Assembly: GCA_963674755.2 (NCBI GenBank)
Contig: CAXXVS010000003.1
Location: 864,001-928,000, forward strand
Direction: 5' to 3'
DNA: 64,000 bases
From: Desulfobacterales bacterium
GTDB lineage: Bacteria; Desulfobacterota; Desulfobacteria; Desulfobacterales; UBA5852
The position numbers and the translations under genes are program-made. Each line of letters begins with the position of its first letter. The first letter of the stretch is position 1. This document shows positions 29,365 through 39,591 of this stretch, in pieces. A model generated the notes under the pieces. That model searched no databases and had not been told where the DNA came from. It saw only the letters and a list, made by a program, of their open reading frames with translations.

Positions 29365-29545
29365 CTTATTCTCAGGGCGGGGTGCAATTCCCCACCGGCG
29401 GTATCCCGGGTAACCGGGGAGCCCGCGAGCGCTCCTTAGTGAGTGTCCATCCATATCGGGACGGGCACTAGTTATTAGCAGGGAGGTCAGCAGATCCGGT
29501 GCGAGGCCGGAGCCGACGGTAACAGTCCGGATGGAAGAGGATAAG
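29365..29545 (+). promoter_or_regulatory. FMN riboswitch (RFN element)
   Basis: CTCAGGGCGGGGTGCAATTCCCCACCGGCGGT..AGCCCGCGAGCG..GTCAGCAGATCCGGTG..CCGGAGCCGACGGT..AGTCCGGATGGAAGAG upstream of ribB. Confidence 0.96.
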
Positions 29546-29726
29546 CCGGATTGCGCACGCTATTCCCCCTCAGCAGGCGCTGGGTGAGCAAGAATCGGCA
29601 TCAGGTGCCGCTTCCCCCAGCCTGCCAGGCCGTATCGGTCGCCGGGGCGGTACCTGCCTGCGCCCGCCTTCCTTCCTATGCCCTGATTCCTATTCACTGT
29701 AACTTCCATTAAGGAGAAGGGCACCC

Positions 29727-30380
29727 ATGCATCAGCGATTTCAAGAGGTTTATGCGAGTTCACGCCAGCGGGTGGAAACGGCCCTCGACGCTCTGCGCGC
29801 AGGCTCCGGCGTGATCGTGACCGACGATGAAAACCGGGAAAATGAAGGGGATTTGTTTTTCCCGGCCGAAACCGTTACCGAAGCCCAGATGGCGCTCCTC
29901 ATCCGGGAGTGCAGCGGGATCGTGTGCCTGTGTCTGACAACCGAGCGGGTGGAACAATTGGCGCTGCCCATGATGGTGCGCCACAATTCCAGCCGGTTTC
30001 AGACCGCCTTCACGGTGTCCATCGAAGCCGCGCAGGGGGTAACGACGGGGGTGTCCGCCAAGGACCGGATCACCACCATACGCGCGGCGGTGGCCGATGA
30101 GGCCGGACCCGAAGACCTTCATTGCCCCGGCCATGTCTTCCCTCTCAAGGCACGTCCGGGCGGCGTCCTGGAGCGCGCCGGGCATACCGAGGCCTGCGTG
30201 GATCTCATGCTGCTGGCCGGGTTCAAGCCCTGTGGCGTGCTGTGCGAATTGACCAATCCGGACGGCACCATGGCCCGCGGCCCCGAAATCCGGGCCTTTT
30301 CGGAAAAGCACGGCATGCCGGTGCTCACCGTGGAGAATCTGGTGGACTTCCGCAAGGGGATGCTGCAACAGGCCGGCTGA
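29727..30380 (+). CDS. ribB: 3,4-dihydroxy-2-butanone 4-phosphate synthase
   Basis: [43 protein letters not shown]. Confidence 0.97.
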   Translation: MHQRFQEVYASSRQRVETALDALRAGSGVIVTDDENRENEGDLFFPAETVTEAQMALLIRECSGIVCLCLTTERVEQLALPMMVRHNSSRFQTAFTVSIEAAQGVTTGVSAKDRITTIRAAVADEAGPEDLHCPGHVFPLKARPGGVLERAGHTEACVDLMLLAGFKPCGVLCELTNPDGTMARGPEIRAFSEKHGMPVLTVENLVDFRKGMLQQAG

Positions 30381-30510
30381 GGCTTTTAAGGCCTTCCAAA
30401 CTGGCCCGGGGCGCAGGAGGGCACCGATAAAACACTTGAAAAAGGCCGCCTGCGTAGGGTAGTCAACCTATTTTTCAACCATTCCACCTTTCCATCGAGA
30501 GGAGCTGCCG

Positions 30511-31485
30511 ATGAAACGAATGATCTTTGCCCTGGCTGTCCTGCTGTGCCTGGCCCTCGCGGCCCCCATGGCCGGTGCCGCGCCGACCCATGTCAAAGTG
30601 GCTTTCGCCACCTGGGTGGGCTACGGCCCCCTCTATATCGCCCAAGACAAGGGGCTGTTCGCGAAATACGACCTGGATGTGGAGTTGATGATCATCGACG
30701 ACGAATCCCAGTATGCCGCCGCCATGGCCTCGGGCAATATCGATGCCCTGGGCAACGTCCTGGACCGCGAGGTCATTCATTATGCCAAGGGCACCCCGGA
30801 AGTGGTGCTGTTTGCCATGGATGAATCTTCGGGGGGTGACGGCATCATCGCCACGGCGGATATCAAGTCCCTCGCGGATCTGAAGGGCAAGAACGTGGGC
30901 CTGGACAAAAGCTCCACCTCCTATTTCTTTTTCCTGACCGCGCTTGAAAAAGCCGGTGTGCCGGAAGATTCCCTGACCATTTATGAGATGGGCGCCTCCG
31001 ATGCCGGGGCGGCTTTCGTGGCCGGCAAGCTCGATGCGGCCGTTTCCTGGGAGCCCTGGCTGTCCAAGGCCTCCGAGCGGGAAGGCGGCCACCTGCTGGT
31101 CTCCTCCAAGGAATTCCCGCGCACCATCGTGGATGTGTTCGTGATGCGCAAGGATTTCATCGCGGAACATCCCGAGGCGGCCGCCGACATGACCAAAGCC
31201 TGGTTCGACGCCATCGCCTGGTACCGGGAAAACCCGGATGAGGGCAACGCCATCATGGCCAAACATCTGGGGGAAAGCCCGGCGGACATCGCCGACATGG
31301 CCTCGGGCGTGACGTTTTTGGGGGCCCGGGACAACCGGGAATTCTTTGACCGCGGCACGGCCAACAGCATTTATGACGTGGCCGCCCGGGCCGGGAAGTT
31401 CTGGAAGTCCAAGGGCATTCTGAAAAAAGATCTGGACGTGGACGGTTTGATTAGCGACCAATACATCAAGGCGGCGGCCGACTAG
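30511..31485 (+). CDS. ABC transporter substrate-binding protein (NMT1/SsuA/TauA-like)
   Basis: Signal peptide; WVGYGPLYIA, DLKGK, DAAVSWEPW. Confidence 0.88.
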   Translation: MKRMIFALAVLLCLALAAPMAGAAPTHVKVAFATWVGYGPLYIAQDKGLFAKYDLDVELMIIDDESQYAAAMASGNIDALGNVLDREVIHYAKGTPEVVLFAMDESSGGDGIIATADIKSLADLKGKNVGLDKSSTSYFFFLTALEKAGVPEDSLTIYEMGASDAGAAFVAGKLDAAVSWEPWLSKASEREGGHLLVSSKEFPRTIVDVFVMRKDFIAEHPEAAADMTKAWFDAIAWYRENPDEGNAIMAKHLGESPADIADMASGVTFLGARDNREFFDRGTANSIYDVAARAGKFWKSKGILKKDLDVDGLISDQYIKAAAD

Positions 31486-32271
31486 ATGCCCGCCCCTGCG
31501 CGCATACGCACCTGGGCGCCGGGAACGGGGCTGGCCCTGTCGTCGTTCCTGGCCCTTTTCCTGATCTGGTGCCTGCTGGCCTATTCCGGCGCCGTCAAGG
31601 AACTCTTCCTGCCCCAGCCGCATCGGGTGCTGCTGTCCTTCGGCGAAATGCAGCGCGAGGGCATCCTCTGGCAGTACACCTGGGATTCCACCTACCGCGT
31701 CATGGTGGGTTGGGCCATGGCTGTAGCCCTGGCCGTGCCTTTGGGCCTGCTGATCGCCACCTCCCGACGGTTTGCCGCGCTTTTCCAGCCCCTCATGGAA
31801 TTTGCCCGCTATCTGCCTGTCGTGGCACTGGTGCCCCTCACCTTGCTGTACTTCGGCATTGGCGACCTGCAGAAATTCATGGTCATCTTCCTGGGCACTT
31901 TTTTTCAGCTGGTGCTGATGGTGGCCGATACCACGGCCAATGTGCCCAAGGACTTGTCCCGGGCCGCCGCCACTTTAGGCGCCAACCAAACCCAGATCTA
32001 TCGGCTGGTTTTGATCCCCGGTGCCCTGCCCGGCATCATGGACGATCTGCGCATTACTATCGGCTGGGCCTGGACCTACCTGGTAGTGGCCGAACTGGTG
32101 GCGGCCAATTCCGGCCTGGGCTACATGATTTTGCGGGCCCAGCGCTTTCTGGCCATCGAACGCATTTTTGCCGGGTTGATCATTATCGGCCTGCTCGGCC
32201 TGGCAACAGACTGGTTGTTCAAATGGCTCACCCGGATCAGCGTACCCTGGAGCGAAAAGGTGGGCCGATGA
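31486..32271 (+). CDS. ABC transporter permease (SsuC/TauC-like)
   Basis: AAATLGA loop, LVVAELVAANSGLGY. Confidence 0.9.
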   Translation: MPAPARIRTWAPGTGLALSSFLALFLIWCLLAYSGAVKELFLPQPHRVLLSFGEMQREGILWQYTWDSTYRVMVGWAMAVALAVPLGLLIATSRRFAALFQPLMEFARYLPVVALVPLTLLYFGIGDLQKFMVIFLGTFFQLVLMVADTTANVPKDLSRAAATLGANQTQIYRLVLIPGALPGIMDDLRITIGWAWTYLVVAELVAANSGLGYMILRAQRFLAIERIFAGLIIIGLLGLATDWLFKWLTRISVPWSEKVGR

Positions 32272-33029
32272 TCAAGCTGCAACTGGATCGTCTGGGGAAA
32301 GTCTTCGGCGAAGGCGCCAAGGCCGTGGCAGCCTTGGAGGACATCTCGATCGATGTCCGGGAAAAGGAGTTCGCCGTGGTGGTGGGGCCCTCGGGCTGCG
32401 GCAAATCCACCCTGCTCAATATCGTGGCCGGCTTGGAGCAGGGCACGGCGGGCCAGGCCCTGATCAACGGACGCCGCATCCAGGGTCCTGGTGCGGACCG
32501 GGGCATGGTGTTCCAGTCCTACACGCTCTTCCCCTGGCTTTCGGTGCGCAAGAACGTGGAGTTCGGCCTGCGCATCAAGGGCCTGCCGGCGGCCGAACGA
32601 GGGCGCATCGCCCGCCGTTATCTCAAGCTGGTGGGGCTCGAGGAGTTCGCGAATGCGCTGCCCAAGTCGCTTTCGGGCGGTATGAAACAGCGCACCGCCA
32701 TTGCCCGCGTGCTGGCCAACAGCCCCGACATGCTGCTCATGGACGAACCCTTCGGAGCCCTGGACGCCCAAACACGGCTGCAACTGCAGGATTTGCTGCT
32801 GGATGTCTGGCGTGAAGAAAGCGCCACGGTGCTGTTCATCACCCATGACATCGACGAGGCCATCCTGCTGGCCGATACGATTCACATCATGTCCCGCCGC
32901 CCCGGCCGCATCATCAAAACCATCACCGTCGACATCGCGCGCCCGCGCGACCATCGGACCTCGCTCCGGCCTGAGTTTATCGCCATCAAGAAAGACATCA
33001 TGGAAACGCTCTGGGAACAGCTAAGTTAA
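32268..33029 (+). CDS. ABC transporter ATP-binding protein (SsuB/TauB-like)
   Basis: GPSGCGKST, LSGGMKQR, LLMDEPFGALD, THDIDEA; ATGA overlap with permease. Confidence 0.93.
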   Translation: MIKLQLDRLGKVFGEGAKAVAALEDISIDVREKEFAVVVGPSGCGKSTLLNIVAGLEQGTAGQALINGRRIQGPGADRGMVFQSYTLFPWLSVRKNVEFGLRIKGLPAAERGRIARRYLKLVGLEEFANALPKSLSGGMKQRTAIARVLANSPDMLLMDEPFGALDAQTRLQLQDLLLDVWREESATVLFITHDIDEAILLADTIHIMSRRPGRIIKTITVDIARPRDHRTSLRPEFIAIKKDIMETLWEQLS

Positions 33030-33255
33030 GCTGCCGGCCCCTATCAGGCGACCCGGGGTAGGCGCCTGGTTGACCATGTTCGCCCATGGCGTCTAAGGCA
33101 GAGGACGGCAGACCGCACTAGTCAGCGGTTGGTCCTGCGATCTACAGTGCGCGGGCTTCGAGGCGTGCCCGGCTTGTCGCCTGGGGTCGCGCATCGTGTC
33201 CGATCGCTATTTTCGGCGGGAAGAGGCCGGATAGATCAAACACAAGGAGACAGCC

Positions 33256-34233
33256 GTGCGAATCGCGATTTTGGATGATTATCAAGATGTCGTCAGGCGA
33301 CTGGACTGTTTCAACCTGCTGGCACCCTATGAGGTGACGGTCCTCACGGAAACCTTCCGGGAAGGGGAGGCATTGGCCGCCGCCGTTGCGGCGGCCGAGG
33401 TGCTGGTGCTGATCCGGGAGCGGACCCGGATTGACCAGGCCCTCCTGTCGCGTCTGCCCCGCTTGCGGCTCGTCAGCCAGACGGGCAAGATCAGCAGTCA
33501 TCTGGATCTGACGGCCTGCACCCGCGCCGGGGTGCTGGTGGCCGAAGGGGTCGGGTCGCCCGTGGCCCCCGCCGAGTTTTGCTGGGCGCTGGTCATGGCC
33601 GCGTCGCGCCATATTCCGGCCTACGCCCAGAAGCTGATCGAAGGGGCGTGGCAGCAGTCAGGTCCCCTGGGATTGGGCCGAACGCTGCAGGGATTGACCT
33701 TCGGCATCTGGGGCTATGGCAGGATCGGCAAACGCGTGGCCCGGTATGCCCAAGTCTTCGGGATGAACGTGCTGGTGTGGGGGAGCGAACGCTCCCGCAA
33801 GGCCGCCGTGTCCGATGGGTTTGACGCCGCCCCGGATAAGGCTTTTTTCTTCCGCCGGGCCGATGTGCTCTCCCTCCATCTGCGATTGAATGACGCCACA
33901 AGGGGGTGCGTTACGCGGGAAGATCTGGCGCTGATGAAGCCGGATGCCCTGTTTGTCAATATCAGCCGTGCCGGTTTGGTGGAAGCAAACGCGCTTTACG
34001 ACGAATTGAAAGCGGTGCCCACCAAACGGGCCGCCATCGACGTCTATGACGACGAACCCATCCGGGAGGCCTCCGATCCGCTGCTCGCGCTTCCCAACGT
34101 GCTCTGTTCGCCGCACCTGGGATATGTGGAGCAGAACAGCTATGAACTTTACTTCAAAGCGGCGTTCGAGAATGTGGTCCACTATCTGGAAGGCAAGCCC
34201 AGCAACATCGCCAACCGTGAATTGCTGCCCTGA
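33256..34233 (+). CDS. D-2-hydroxyacid dehydrogenase family protein
   Basis: IAILDDYQ, GYGRIG, NISRA, DVYDDEP, PHLGY. Confidence 0.92.
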   Translation: MRIAILDDYQDVVRRLDCFNLLAPYEVTVLTETFREGEALAAAVAAAEVLVLIRERTRIDQALLSRLPRLRLVSQTGKISSHLDLTACTRAGVLVAEGVGSPVAPAEFCWALVMAASRHIPAYAQKLIEGAWQQSGPLGLGRTLQGLTFGIWGYGRIGKRVARYAQVFGMNVLVWGSERSRKAAVSDGFDAAPDKAFFFRRADVLSLHLRLNDATRGCVTREDLALMKPDALFVNISRAGLVEANALYDELKAVPTKRAAIDVYDDEPIREASDPLLALPNVLCSPHLGYVEQNSYELYFKAAFENVVHYLEGKPSNIANRELLP

Positions 34234-34272
34234 GGTCGGGATGCGAAGCGTTACGACGAATGGCAGAAGGCG

Positions 34273-35250
34273 CTACATGATCTCCTTGATGGCAGTTATC
34301 AACTGCGCCTCACCGGGGATATAAAAACGCTCCAGGGGCGGACTGGCCGGCACCGGGATGTCCGGCCCGGTGACCCGCCGCAGGGGGGCTTTGAGGCTGG
34401 CAAAAGCTTCTTCCAGCACCACGGCCGCCACCTCGCCGGCAAATCCCCCGGTGCGCGTGGCCTCGTGCAGCACGACCAGCCGGCCGGTCTTGCGCACCGA
34501 GGCCAGGAGGGTTTCCTTGTCCAACGGCGCAATGGTGCGCAAATCCACGATTTCCACGGCGACGCCCTCAGTCGCCAATTGTTCGGCGGCCCTCAGGGCC
34601 ACCCCCAACATCTTGGACCATGTCACGACGGTCACATCGTCCCCCGGGCGCTTGACCTCGGCCCGGCCGATGGGGGTCAGGTAGTCTTCTTCGGGGACCG
34701 GACCGGGAACGAAGTAGAGGCTCAGGTCTTCAAAGAAAATGACCGGGTTAGGGTCCCGGATGGCGGACTTGAGCAGGCCTTTGGCATCGGCCGAAGTGGC
34801 CGGCATGATCACCTTCAAGCCGGGACAATGGGCGGCCCAGGCTTCCAGGTTGTGGGAATGCTGACACCCGGCGCCGAAACCGGCCCCGGATTTGATGCGG
34901 ACCACCAGGGGAAACGAGGATTTGCCGCCCGAAAGATAGCGCAGTTTGGCGGCATGATTGACAATCATGTCCGAGGCCAGGGTGAAGAAGGGGTTGAACA
35001 TGATTTCGATCACCGGTTTCAGGCCCGCCTCGGCCGCCCCCACGGCCAGCCCGGCAATGGCCGCTTCGGAAACCGGCGTGTCCCGGACCCGCGCGGGTCC
35101 GAAGGTGTCCAGCAGGCCCGCCGTGGGGAGCATGGGGCTGTGGTGAATGCCGACCCCGATACCCTCTCCTGCCAGGAAGACATCGGGATCGCGCTCCATC
35201 TCTTCCCTGAGAGCCTGGTTGATGGCCTGTCCCATTCCGAGTTGTTGCAT
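34273..35250 (-). CDS. 2-oxoacid/acetoin dehydrogenase E1 beta subunit
   Basis: RVRDTPVSEAAIAG, QHSHNLE, DLRTIAPLD; AAGGAG RBS before ATG 35250. Confidence 0.92.
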   Translation of the reverse strand: MQQLGMGQAINQALREEMERDPDVFLAGEGIGVGIHHSPMLPTAGLLDTFGPARVRDTPVSEAAIAGLAVGAAEAGLKPVIEIMFNPFFTLASDMIVNHAAKLRYLSGGKSSFPLVVRIKSGAGFGAGCQHSHNLEAWAAHCPGLKVIMPATSADAKGLLKSAIRDPNPVIFFEDLSLYFVPGPVPEEDYLTPIGRAEVKRPGDDVTVVTWSKMLGVALRAAEQLATEGVAVEIVDLRTIAPLDKETLLASVRKTGRLVVLHEATRTGGFAGEVAAVVLEEAFASLKAPLRRVTGPDIPVPASPPLERFYIPGEAQLITAIKEIM

Positions 35251-35267
35251 GGCGCTACTCCTTTCAG

Positions 35268-35410
35268 GACGGCTTCGCAAAATGCCCAATCCGCCAGAGG
35301 CGGACAAGTCTCCGCGTTGTGCTTCACTCCTCGTCACTGCGGCGTACCTGGTGTACGCCTCGTTCCGCTTCATTTGCACGCCTTGATATTGGACATTGGT
35401 CAAAGCCGTC
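35268..35410. repeat. Repeat family A, copy 3, with inserted mini-hairpin
   Basis: GACGGCTT..AAGCCGTC ends, shared core; extra TCCGCCAGAGGCGGACAAG. Confidence 0.82.
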
Positions 35411-35435
35411 CAATTGATGAGCGCAAATCAGTGCT

Positions 35436-36398
35436 TCAGGCGAAGACATCCTCGAGAGCCTCATGGGACTCCGGATAGGGGCTCTCCTCGGCAAAGCGGA
35501 TGGCCGCCTGCACGATGGCATCGACTTGGCGCTCCATCTCCCGCAGGTCGTCCGGGCTGATAAGGCCCTCGGCGAGCATCTCGCCGCGCAGCTTGGGAAT
35601 GGGGCACATGGCCTGCCAGGCCGCGATTTCCTCCTTGGGCTGGTAGAGTTGGAGGTCGCTTTCGCCATGCCCGCGCCAGCGGTAGGTCTTGTACTCGATG
35701 AGGGTCGGCCCTTTCCCGGCGACGGCGTGCTGCCGGGCTTCCAGGGCCGAGGCATACACGGCCAGGGCATCATTGCCGTCCATCGCATGGCCCGGCATGG
35801 CATAGCCGGCGGCCCGGTCCGCGATGTTTTTAACCTTGGTGTGCTCTTCCTGGCGCTGGGCGCCGGCATAAAGATTGTTCTCGCAGACGAAGATGACGGG
35901 GAGGTTCCAGAGGCTGGCCATGTTCAGCGCTTCGTGAAAGGAGCCCTCGTCGGCGGCGCCGTCGCCGATGAAGCAGACCGTGACGCTTTTCTCCTGGCGA
36001 TAGTGCTGGGCGAAGGCCCGGCCCACCGCAATGGGCGGACCGCCTCCCACCACGGTGGTGGTGCAGGGGGCGTTGACCTCGGGCACCGCCAGGTGCAGGG
36101 TCCCGCTCTTGCCCTTGTTGCATCCGGTTCGCTTGCCGAAGATTTCAGCCATCAGGGTGTTCGGGTCGGCGCCTTTGGCCAGCAGGTGGCTGTGGCTGCG
36201 GTGGTTGGTGATGATCACATCCTCCGGCTGCAGGGCGGCACACACCCCGGCGCCGACCGCCTCCTGCCCCGTGCAGAGAATCATCATGCCGGGGATCTTG
36301 CCTTCGATTTTACATAGTTCCGTCAGCGCTTCCTCGAACCGGCGGGCCAGCAGCAGGGAACGGAGCATTTCCAGTTTCTTTTCGCGGGCGATTTCCAT
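35436..36398 (-). CDS. 2-oxoacid/acetoin dehydrogenase E1 alpha subunit (TPP-dependent)
   Basis: GQEA, GDGA..EALN..CENN TPP motif, YRWRGH. Confidence 0.92.
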   Translation of the reverse strand: MEIAREKKLEMLRSLLLARRFEEALTELCKIEGKIPGMMILCTGQEAVGAGVCAALQPEDVIITNHRSHSHLLAKGADPNTLMAEIFGKRTGCNKGKSGTLHLAVPEVNAPCTTTVVGGGPPIAVGRAFAQHYRQEKSVTVCFIGDGAADEGSFHEALNMASLWNLPVIFVCENNLYAGAQRQEEHTKVKNIADRAAGYAMPGHAMDGNDALAVYASALEARQHAVAGKGPTLIEYKTYRWRGHGESDLQLYQPKEEIAAWQAMCPIPKLRGEMLAEGLISPDDLREMERQVDAIVQAAIRFAEESPYPESHEALEDVFA

Positions 36399-36525
36399 GG
36401 TGCCTCCCTTTGCCGCAAACCGTGCGCTCAACCGGTTATGCGGCATGTTCCATTGGATTTCCATACCTCATTGGCGTGACCTTGGGGGTCCTGCCAACAA
36501 TGCTCTCTTTTAAAGCCTGGGCTGA

Positions 36526-37089
36526 TCATTTGCGTTTGTCGGTCGCCCGCCAACCGCCGAGGGGCGAGAAGACCGGTTTCAGCACCTTGCGGATTTCCCG
36601 GGCCTGCTCGATGACGTAGAACAAGTCCGGGTCGATTTGCTGCACTTCGGGCAGGATCCATTTCAGGTCCCGGCGGCGGCAGGCGATATAGAGCATATGG
36701 ACCGGGCTGTGCATGCCCTCTCCCTGGACAATGGTGACGGGTTGGCCCTTGTCCCGCAAATAGGCGGCAATTTCCGCCCCGGCTGCACGGGTGATAATTC
36801 GTAAGATGGTGGTTCCAAAAGCGATTTTGCGTTCCACCATGATACCCACCACATTGCCGGTGGCATAGCCGAAGGCGTAAAAGGCAATCAGCACGGGATT
36901 GTCTTTGACCTGGTGAATCACCGTGCTGACAATGGTGAGCCAGATGCTGATTTCAACCACCGCCAGGCAAAAGGCGATCACTGTCCGTCCCTGAACGGTA
37001 ACGATCGTCCGGACCGTACCGATGGAGACATCGCAAATGCGGGCCACAAAGACGATGAGTCCGGTGACAAGAATGTGAGTCTCGAACAT
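36526..37089 (-). CDS. DUF2179/DUF5698 (UPF0316) membrane protein
   Basis: ARICDVSIGTVRTI, YAFGYATGNVVG. Confidence 0.85.
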   Translation of the reverse strand: MFETHILVTGLIVFVARICDVSIGTVRTIVTVQGRTVIAFCLAVVEISIWLTIVSTVIHQVKDNPVLIAFYAFGYATGNVVGIMVERKIAFGTTILRIITRAAGAEIAAYLRDKGQPVTIVQGEGMHSPVHMLYIACRRRDLKWILPEVQQIDPDLFYVIEQAREIRKVLKPVFSPLGGWRATDKRK

Positions 37090-37668
37090 CTTCCTGAGAA
37101 TTCTCCTTAAAGGCGCAAGCGGGGTCGGAAGTCGACCCCGAAGGATGGCGTTTGTGGCAGAATAAAGCGAAAATCGATTCAAGTACACATCTTTTATAGG
37201 GAAATGGAAGGAAAGCGCCGGCGGCGGGCGGCCTGGCTTTTTGGTTGATGAATCCGCTTTCCGATTGCGAGGGCGGTTGTGCGATCCACCCGCAGGCGTC
37301 GATGGCATTCAAACTCTTCCAGGATGCGAGCCCTGGTTTTTCCCGAGGTGGCCACCCGCAGAAAGCCGGTATGCTCGTAGTGAATCGTAAAGCAACGTGG
37401 CGCTTCACCTCTTGTCATACAGGGACGGGATGGACTATGGTGATCAATGCGGCTTCAGTATACAGCACTCAATCAAAAAAATCGCCACCTGCCCGCCGTC
37501 AATCCGATCTTCCACGACCGTCAAACCCCAGGCGACCGACCCACCACACTGGAGGGGCCTCGGCGGTTCAAGCGAGACAAGGGATAGACGCTGCGGGGCG
37601 CCCCAAGCATCAACACCTCCCCGTCTGCCGCCCGGAAGGTTCAAAACCCCAACATGAGGAGTTGCCCC

Positions 37669-38997
37669 ATGGCATCGGCGGCTTCAGAAACGTTTAACGA
37701 TCATGTGGAACGGCTTTTGGGAGGGCGGCTGCCGGATACCCTGGCCGATCAGATCCCCATTGCCGACCTCCCGCCAGATGCCCGGGGCGTGGCCCTGCGC
37801 CTGCTTGCCCTAATGAAGCGTTCCGGGTGTGCGGCGACGGAATTCAATGCCCAGATGATTTGGCTGTTGGCCGCGGTTACGCCGTCCATGCTCCCAGCGG
37901 CCTGGGGCGGCCACATTCCACCGCTTACCTCCTCCGGCCGCCATCGCAAGCTCGACGCCTATGTCCACCATCGGATCCGGCTGGCCGACAACAACGGCCG
38001 GCCGCTTTTTGTCGACCTGGGGTGCGGCTTCCCGCCGGTGACGGCGGTCGATACGGCCAATGCTTTGCCGGACTGGGCCGTCTGCGGCGTGGATCGCGCG
38101 TTTCACCGTTATGTTCTCTATGATGCCGACGGCTGCTATGCCTGCTTCAACCGCGACGGTGGCTTTCAATACGTCCAGTCGCCGGGGAAACCCCTGAACG
38201 ACACCCCCGAGGGGGTCAGGGTCCGCTTTCAGTCGCTTTTTGCGGATCTCCGTCCCCTGCTTGATCCGCCGCGTGACGGCCGCAGCGCAAAGGTGGCCAA
38301 GGACGGCTGCCGGCTGATTGCCGACCATGTCCGCGATTTCGAAAGGGAAAACCTGACCTTTGTCAAGGCGGATATCGATGCGCTTCAGTTGCCGCCCGCA
38401 CAATTTGTGCGCTGTATGAATATGCTGCTTTACTTTTCTAAAGGCGACCGTGAACGGATGCTGACCGCGATGGGGGCCCTGCTCGACGAGAATGGCCTTA
38501 TGATGACCGGGTTCAACCATCCCTTCGGGATCTATGCGCGCTATGCCGTCTATGCCAGGGATGCCGCCGGCATCCGTCCCCGCGAATTTGCCTTCAGCAT
38601 GGATAATTTGCGGCCCTTGGGGATCGGGCCCTGGCTTACGCTTGTCGAAGACGATCGTGAAGCCGCGCTGCTGGCGGATCTGACCGGTGCCATACGCGCG
38701 GACCGGATTTTCTGGTCGGATTTTACCCGCCGGGTGGATGCTCTTCGGGTCCAATTCGGAATTGGCACCCGGAGCCTGGACGGTTTTCTGCAATTTACGG
38801 AAGAAACCCGGACGGCATCGCCTCTCGTCGTCACGCAAAAGACAACGGCTCTATGGCAGCAGATGGCAACGGAAGGCTATGCCGCAGCGGCCGTGGCGGC
38901 TCTGGAGCGCGCCGGATACAAGGCTTGGATCAATGCAGTGGGGGATATCGCCGTGTTGCCGCCGCCGCAGTCGCTGGACACCGTCCGAAGGGAATAG
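37669..38997 (+). CDS. Hypothetical protein with SAM-methyltransferase-like motifs
   Basis: FVDLGCGFPP motif I, CheR-like RCMNMLLYF; GAGGAG RBS. Confidence 0.6.
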   Translation: MASAASETFNDHVERLLGGRLPDTLADQIPIADLPPDARGVALRLLALMKRSGCAATEFNAQMIWLLAAVTPSMLPAAWGGHIPPLTSSGRHRKLDAYVHHRIRLADNNGRPLFVDLGCGFPPVTAVDTANALPDWAVCGVDRAFHRYVLYDADGCYACFNRDGGFQYVQSPGKPLNDTPEGVRVRFQSLFADLRPLLDPPRDGRSAKVAKDGCRLIADHVRDFERENLTFVKADIDALQLPPAQFVRCMNMLLYFSKGDRERMLTAMGALLDENGLMMTGFNHPFGIYARYAVYARDAAGIRPREFAFSMDNLRPLGIGPWLTLVEDDREAALLADLTGAIRADRIFWSDFTRRVDALRVQFGIGTRSLDGFLQFTEETRTASPLVVTQKTTALWQQMATEGYAAAAVAALERAGYKAWINAVGDIAVLPPPQSLDTVRRE

Positions 38998-39150
38998 ACG
39001 ATATTCGCGCCGGCCAGCTAAGAGCTACGAGGCAGGCGAAGAATCGACAATGACCGTCCGAGGCGGACGCCAACAACGGAGAATATTACCATGATCGGCA
39101 GGTTACACGGATGATTTTTTCATTTGTCCCTGAACGCAAAGGAGATGACA

Positions 39151-39474
39151 ATGGTTAAAAAGCTGACGATCCTCTCGGTTGTGCTGCTGTTGGCGGCCTG
39201 TGCTTCGGCAGGCAAACCCATCGACAAAACCCACATGGATGAAATTGCGAATGGCGTGCAGACCAAAGCCCAGATTCGCCAGTGGTTTGGCGAGCCTTAC
39301 ACGGTGAAGACCGGTCTCGCGGGGCATCCCGACGGATGCGTGGAGCGCTGGACCTATGAGTATGCCAAGGCCCGCGGATTCGGTAAGGTGACCTACTCGG
39401 AAGTGCTGGTTGTGGATTTTGACGCCGCCGGAAAGGTCTGCGACCATGCCTATTCCAAAACAGGGAACCCCTGA
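39151..39474 (+). CDS. Small lipoprotein (SmpA/BamE-like)
   Basis: Lipobox LAAC; TKAQIRQWFGEP, RWTY, VDFD..GKV. Confidence 0.7.
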   Translation: MVKKLTILSVVLLLAACASAGKPIDKTHMDEIANGVQTKAQIRQWFGEPYTVKTGLAGHPDGCVERWTYEYAKARGFGKVTYSEVLVVDFDAAGKVCDHAYSKTGNP

Positions 39475-39591
39475 TCCAATCCCTGCGGTATGGAGGATAG
39501 GTGGCTTCGGTTCTCCTATGCCACTCCCTAGCGGCTTTCATGGCCGTGTATTTTAATTTGTCTCAGAACCGGAGCAGCGTTGTTTGGGGTC

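Noticed and set aside
31569..32267. Long N-terminal extension of the ABC ATPase (similarly 57593-58057 and 61817-61999)
   Set aside because: Out-of-frame overlap with the upstream gene; coupled starts exist at 32268, 57592 and 61816
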